From contig JBBSWB010000050.1 of the NCBI GenBank assembly GCA_038046465.1, forward strand, positions 1 through 27,116: DNA of 27,116 nt, written 5' to 3'. The notes beneath the pieces are model-generated. The model ran no database searches and was not told the origin of the DNA. It worked only from the letters and a program-made list of their open reading frames with translations. Position numbers and translations under genes: made by a program. Of the stretch, positions 23,703 through 27,116 are shown piece after piece. Every line of letters starts with the position of its first letter. The stretch's first letter is position 1. The DNA comes from Nanobdellota archaeon. GTDB taxonomy: Archaea > Nanobdellota > Nanobdellia > Woesearchaeales > GW2011-AR9.

Positions 23703-26120
23703 ATGCTTCTTAAACAATTAAAGCTGGAAAATATCCGTTCCTACCTCAAGGAAGAGATCAATTTTACGGAAGGATCAACTTTACTTTCTGGCGACATCGG
23801 TTCAGGAAAATCCACCATCTTGCTGGCAATAGAATTTGCGTTCTTTGGAACCTCCCGGCCAGATCTTCCCGCAGAAGCTTTATTACGCAAAGGAGCAAGA
23901 GAAGGCTCGGTAGAATTATCTTTACAAATACAGAATCAAGAAATAGTCATTAAAAGGAAACTCAAAAAAGAAAAAGATGTGATTAAGCAGATGCCTGGTG
24001 TGATCATAATTAATCAGGTTCAAAAAGAGCTTATGCCTGTAGAACTTAAAGCAGAAATTATTTCTTTACTTAAATACCCAGAAGAACTGGCAAATAAAAA
24101 TAAAAATTATATTTATCGATACACAGTTTACACTCCGCAGGAAGAGATGAAGCAGATCTTACAGGAGGATGCTGAAGAAAGATTAGACGTGCTTAGAAAA
24201 ATATTCAATATTGATAAATATAAAATTATCCGTGAAAATTTACAGATTTATCTTAAAAAAACTCGCACCGATATTGCTATTCTTAAAACCAAAACCGAAC
24301 CCTTGGAAGATCAAAAAAGGCAGCGCCAGGAATTGATTGCCGAGAAAGAAACGTTAAAGAAAGCTGCTGAAGAATTAATTCCCCGACAAAACATACTGCT
24401 AGAGCAATTACAGCAGCAAAATAAAGAACTGGGAGAACTAGAATTACAGCAGAAAGAATTTTTAGATTTAAAACAAGAATATAAAACCGATCAAGCTTTA
24501 TTTTATGAAAAAAAAGAACAATACTTGCAGCTTAACCAAAAAAAAGAAAGATTAAAGTTAGAGATTACCCAACTATCCTTGCCCGAAAACCAGATAAATA
24601 AAACGTTAGAGCAGACTAAAGCAGAATTAAAAGAAAAAGAACTGCAAAAAAATTATCTGTTAACTAAAAAAACTATTTTTCAAGAAAAATTAAGCCAACT
24701 TAAAGAAAATCTTAAAAAAACCCAATTCGAGCTTAACGAAATAATTAGGCAAACTGATAAAATTAAAGAAAAAGAAAGGTTACAGGAAGAATTAAGTTTA
24801 GCAATCGCCAATAAAAAAAATTTACAGCAGAACCTAAAAGATACTGAAGAGCAGATTCAGGAAATTCTAAAAATAATAACTACTACTGAAACGGTTCTCT
24901 TTCAATCTAAAGAACTACAGGAAAAAATTGGTTCTTTAAACACCTGCCCAACTTGCCTGCAGGAAGTTTCTTCTGATCATAAACATAAAATTACCAGCCA
25001 AGAACAGGATAAAATTGTGCAAGCAGAACAAAGCTTGCTGCTGGTACAGGAAAGAAAAAAAGCAAAGCTGCAGCAGAAAGAATTGCTTCAAAAAGAACTT
25101 GAACAGATTGTATCTAAAGAGAATCAGTTGATTAAGATTAATTTTGAACTTTATCAACTGCAAGAAAAAAAAGAGCTCGGCCGGCAGAAAGAGGAGCAAC
25201 TTAATTTAGGGTTAATAGAGATAGAAAGTTTAAAACAAAAAATTGAAGAAATTGATCGAGAAAACAATCTGGAACGTTTAGATAAAGAAATCAGCCAAAT
25301 CCAGGAATATTTACATTTACTTTCCAAAAAACAAATTTTAGAAAGAAATGTCTTAGAATTAAATCAGCAAATAAATCAAAATGAAGAACAGAAAGTTAAA
25401 TTCATTCAAAAAATTATGGCTTTGGAAGAAAAATTAGCCAATAAAAAAGATTTAAGCTTATTGATGGCAGAAAAAAAGAGGTACTTGGCTAGAACTACTA
25501 TGGAAGAGAAAGAGCTTGCTCTCAGCATAGCCAGACTGCAAACTCAAATCAATAGTATCAATAAATATCAGGAACTGATTGAAAAAAGCCTTGATCAACT
25601 TAATCTGGAAAAGAATAAACTAATCTTATTAAAAGAAACTTACCATTGGCTGGAAGAATACCTTCTTAAGCTAACTTATACTATAGAAAAACAAGTTATG
25701 GCCAATATTCACAGCCATTTCAATCAAATTTTTCAGGATTGGTTTTCAGTGCTCATCGATGATGAAAATGTTTCTTCCCGGATTGATGAATCTTTTACCC
25801 CAATAATTGAACAGAACGGGTATGATATCTCTTTCCCGAACCTGAGCGGAGGGGAAAAAACCTCGGCCGCACTAGCTTACCGCTTAGCCTTAAACCGGGC
25901 CATAAACGATGTAGTTAATGAGATAAATACGAAAGATTTATTAATTTTGGACGAACCTACCGATGGATTTAGCACAGAACAACTAGATAAAGTAAGAGAT
26001 ATATTAGAAAAGCTTAAATTGAAACAGACAATTATAGTTTCACATGAGTCAAAAATTGAAAGTTTTGTGGAAAAGGTGATTCGGATAAACAAAATCGGCC
26101 ATGTTAGCAGTGTTATATAA
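23703..26120 (+). CDS. rad50: Rad50 DNA double-strand-break repair ATPase
   Basis: Walker A is GDIGSGKSTILLAIEFAFFG. A long coiled coil carries a central CPTC zinc hook (LNTCPTCLQEV). The signature motif is LSGGEKTSAALAYRLAL, Walker B is LLILDEPTDGF, and the H-loop is IIVSHES. Confidence 0.9.
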   Translation: MLLKQLKLENIRSYLKEEINFTEGSTLLSGDIGSGKSTILLAIEFAFFGTSRPDLPAEALLRKGAREGSVELSLQIQNQEIVIKRKLKKEKDVIKQMPGVIIINQVQKELMPVELKAEIISLLKYPEELANKNKNYIYRYTVYTPQEEMKQILQEDAEERLDVLRKIFNIDKYKIIRENLQIYLKKTRTDIAILKTKTEPLEDQKRQRQELIAEKETLKKAAEELIPRQNILLEQLQQQNKELGELELQQKEFLDLKQEYKTDQALFYEKKEQYLQLNQKKERLKLEITQLSLPENQINKTLEQTKAELKEKELQKNYLLTKKTIFQEKLSQLKENLKKTQFELNEIIRQTDKIKEKERLQEELSLAIANKKNLQQNLKDTEEQIQEILKIITTTETVLFQSKELQEKIGSLNTCPTCLQEVSSDHKHKITSQEQDKIVQAEQSLLLVQERKKAKLQQKELLQKELEQIVSKENQLIKINFELYQLQEKKELGRQKEEQLNLGLIEIESLKQKIEEIDRENNLERLDKEISQIQEYLHLLSKKQILERNVLELNQQINQNEEQKVKFIQKIMALEEKLANKKDLSLLMAEKKRYLARTTMEEKELALSIARLQTQINSINKYQELIEKSLDQLNLEKNKLILLKETYHWLEEYLLKLTYTIEKQVMANIHSHFNQIFQDWFSVLIDDENVSSRIDESFTPIIEQNGYDISFPNLSGGEKTSAALAYRLALNRAINDVVNEINTKDLLILDEPTDGFSTEQLDKVRDILEKLKLKQTIIVSHESKIESFVEKVIRINKIGHVSSVI

Positions 26121-26157
26121 AAAAAATAACAAAACCATAAAACCCAATTATGTCATA

Positions 26158-26303
26158 AAAGTGCGGGAAAGCGCCTGACCACGGACTGAAGTCCATGGCT
26201 TGAACAGCGCTTTCTAATCCCCACACTTTGTGACGCCGGAGAAGCAGGAGTTGAAAAGAGCATTCATAACCGGACTAAAGTTCGGCTCTTTCTGCTTCTC
26301 CGT
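26158..26303. ncRNA. Candidate structured RNA (or palindromic DNA element): two tandem ~70-nt extended hairpins, class unknown
   Basis: This is a GC-rich island in an AT-rich spacer. Unit 1: 26158-26167 pairs with 26220-26229, 26168-26174 with 26207-26213, and the apical hairpin is 26179-26198. Unit 2: 26237-26247 pairs with 26292-26302 (11/11), 26255-26261 with 26285-26291, and the apical hairpin is 26270-26285. The units share the apical core GGACTnAAGTyC. Differences between the helices are compensated. The strand is not resolved. Confidence 0.5.
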
Positions 26304-26339
26304 GCGTAACACCCAAGAAAGCTAAAGGCTTTACCTAAA

Positions 26340-27116
26340 GTGAAAGAAAAGACTTTACCAGAAACAAACGAAAAATCTGTTAAACCATTAGAAGAAATAA
26401 TTGACAACAAAAGACCTTTTTCTTGTTTAAGCTTGCGGGACAGTCCTCTTTTTCAAAGAATAGTGCAAGAAGATTTAGAAAAAATGAAATCTAAAATCGC
26501 TCTTGACCTTCATGATCCAGTGTGGAATATTCTTCTCGTCCAATCAATACAAGGGCATGCACAGAATGGACACGGTCTTTTTAATACCTACAACTGCAAA
26601 TATCCACAAGCGACTATCCCTGATGTGATTGCTGCTGCGGGCATGGATATTAACACAATCAAAGCAGCGCGCCAGGAATTGATTGATGAAGTATATGCCT
26701 GGGTTAATCTTGCTCTAGATAATCATCACACCCATAATAACAAAGAGAATAATAATGCTCCTTTAACCCAAGACAGATTACAATTAAACCATAAACCCCT
26801 GCTCAGAATAAAATTCATTGAAGAGTACCTTGTTGATCCAGTATTTATTCTTAAAGGGATTGTTTTGGCTGGGCACATGGATAATTACCAATCCCGAATG
26901 GAAACTATAAATCATTATAAGACCACTATTAAAGGCAACCCTTTAGAAATTGGGGGTGGCGAAACTTATTTAGTGGATTTAGAAATGCTGGCTAAAGCAG
27001 GGTTAGACCAAGTTAGTTTAGCTAATATTGAACACGATGATCAAAAAATCGATTATTTGCGAAGATTGGGAGTAATTGTCGACGGTACTTGCAGTAGCAA
27101 TAGTAATATCGAAAGT
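26340..27116 (+). CDS. Hypothetical protein, 5' part only (ORF runs off the window end)
   Basis: This ORF is not in the supplied track because it has no stop. The frame is open from 26310 to 27116. The first plausible start is GTG 26340 and the next is ATG 26484. The translation begins VKEKTLPETNEKSVKPLEEIIDNKRPFSCL... and continues ...GHAQNGHGLFNTYNCKYPQATIPDVIAAAGMD... No family recognised. Confidence 0.55.
   Translation, partial: MKEKTLPETNEKSVKPLEEIIDNKRPFSCLSLRDSPLFQRIVQEDLEKMKSKIALDLHDPVWNILLVQSIQGHAQNGHGLFNTYNCKYPQATIPDVIAAAGMDINTIKAARQELIDEVYAWVNLALDNHHTHNNKENNNAPLTQDRLQLNHKPLLRIKFIEEYLVDPVFILKGIVLAGHMDNYQSRMETINHYKTTIKGNPLEIGGGETYLVDLEMLAKAGLDQVSLANIEHDDQKIDYLRRLGVIVDGTCSSNSNIES

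Noticed and set aside
479-26092. Short track ORFs (60-161 aa) lying inside or antisense to the long genes, for example 479..697, 2367..2681, 2470..2955, 4077..4555, 7311..7598, 8024..9390, 10544..10930, 11167..11436, 11769..12122, 12753..12941, 13500..13691, 15955..16209, 17168..17592, 18354..18593, 19908..20129, 20451..20747, 20887..21234, 21787..21990, 23022..23267, 24936..25199 and 25877..26092
   Set aside because: Each one overlaps a longer ORF with clear family motifs. Their translations are low-complexity (F/L/S/I-rich or S/T/P-rich) and typical of shadow frames in AT-rich DNA, and none has its own SD or TATA context.
26158-26310. Double-hairpin H/ACA guide RNA on the minus strand (each hairpin is followed by ACA within 4-6 nt)
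   Set aside because: There is no K-turn or K-loop (tandem G-A) in the upper stem. The largest internal loop sits about 21 nt from the ACA, not the ~14-16 nt expected. One unit has only a one-sided bulge where a two-sided pseudouridylation pocket would be needed. This is not fully excluded without a covariance-model search.
1-27116. CRISPR arrays, tRNA/rRNA genes, IS elements or integrases, prophage genes, or an alternative genetic code
   Set aside because: There are no regularly spaced repeats and no cloverleaf-compatible GC-rich segments in any spacer. I saw no transposase or integrase motifs. All conserved genes translate without interruption under the standard code, apart from the dph2 split.

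Overview
This is an AT-rich window; hand counts put most genes at roughly 35-42% GC. It reads as a chromosomal segment of an archaeon, plausibly a small-genome DPANN-type lineage, though that placement is inference. The archaeal markers are a class-I CCA-adding enzyme, CDP-archaeol synthase (CarS), the diphthamide enzyme Dph2, and Rad50 with a CPTC zinc hook. Many ATGs have TATA-like boxes about 25-30 nt upstream, which suggests leaderless mRNAs; other genes carry GAGGTG/GGTGG Shine-Dalgarno (SD) sites.

Gene content falls into six groups:
- Translation and tRNA modification: cca, a fused tRNA 2-selenouridine synthase, and a split dph2.
- Cell surface: a 1229-aa membrane-anchored protein with CBM-like (carbohydrate-binding module) and GH-like (glycoside hydrolase) domains, a Cys-rich-repeat/LamG lipoprotein, and a cupredoxin-like lipoprotein without copper ligands.
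- Late archaeal phospholipid steps: carS plus a CDP-alcohol phosphatidyltransferase.
- dNTP supply: two different class II (B12-dependent) ribonucleotide reductases side by side, a corrinoid adenosyltransferase, and a TK1-like kinase.
- rad50 with no adjacent mre11.
- A run of minus-strand genes of unknown function (9515-13258). It includes a motif-permuted N4/N6 methyltransferase, a tandem-repeat basic protein with an H1-like tail, and a GC-rich 302-aa gene placed 3 nt after dph2.

I saw no rRNA, tRNA, CRISPR array, transposase or integrase.

The most unusual signals are:
- A GC-rich pair of tandem ~70-nt extended hairpins at 26158-26303. The two units show covariation-like differences, and the pair sits between rad50 and an unrecognisable ORF that runs off the window.
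- The compositionally foreign unknown gene fused into the split-dph2 operon.
- The complementary domain architecture of the two NrdJ paralogs.

All functional calls come from motif recognition by eye. No database search was run.
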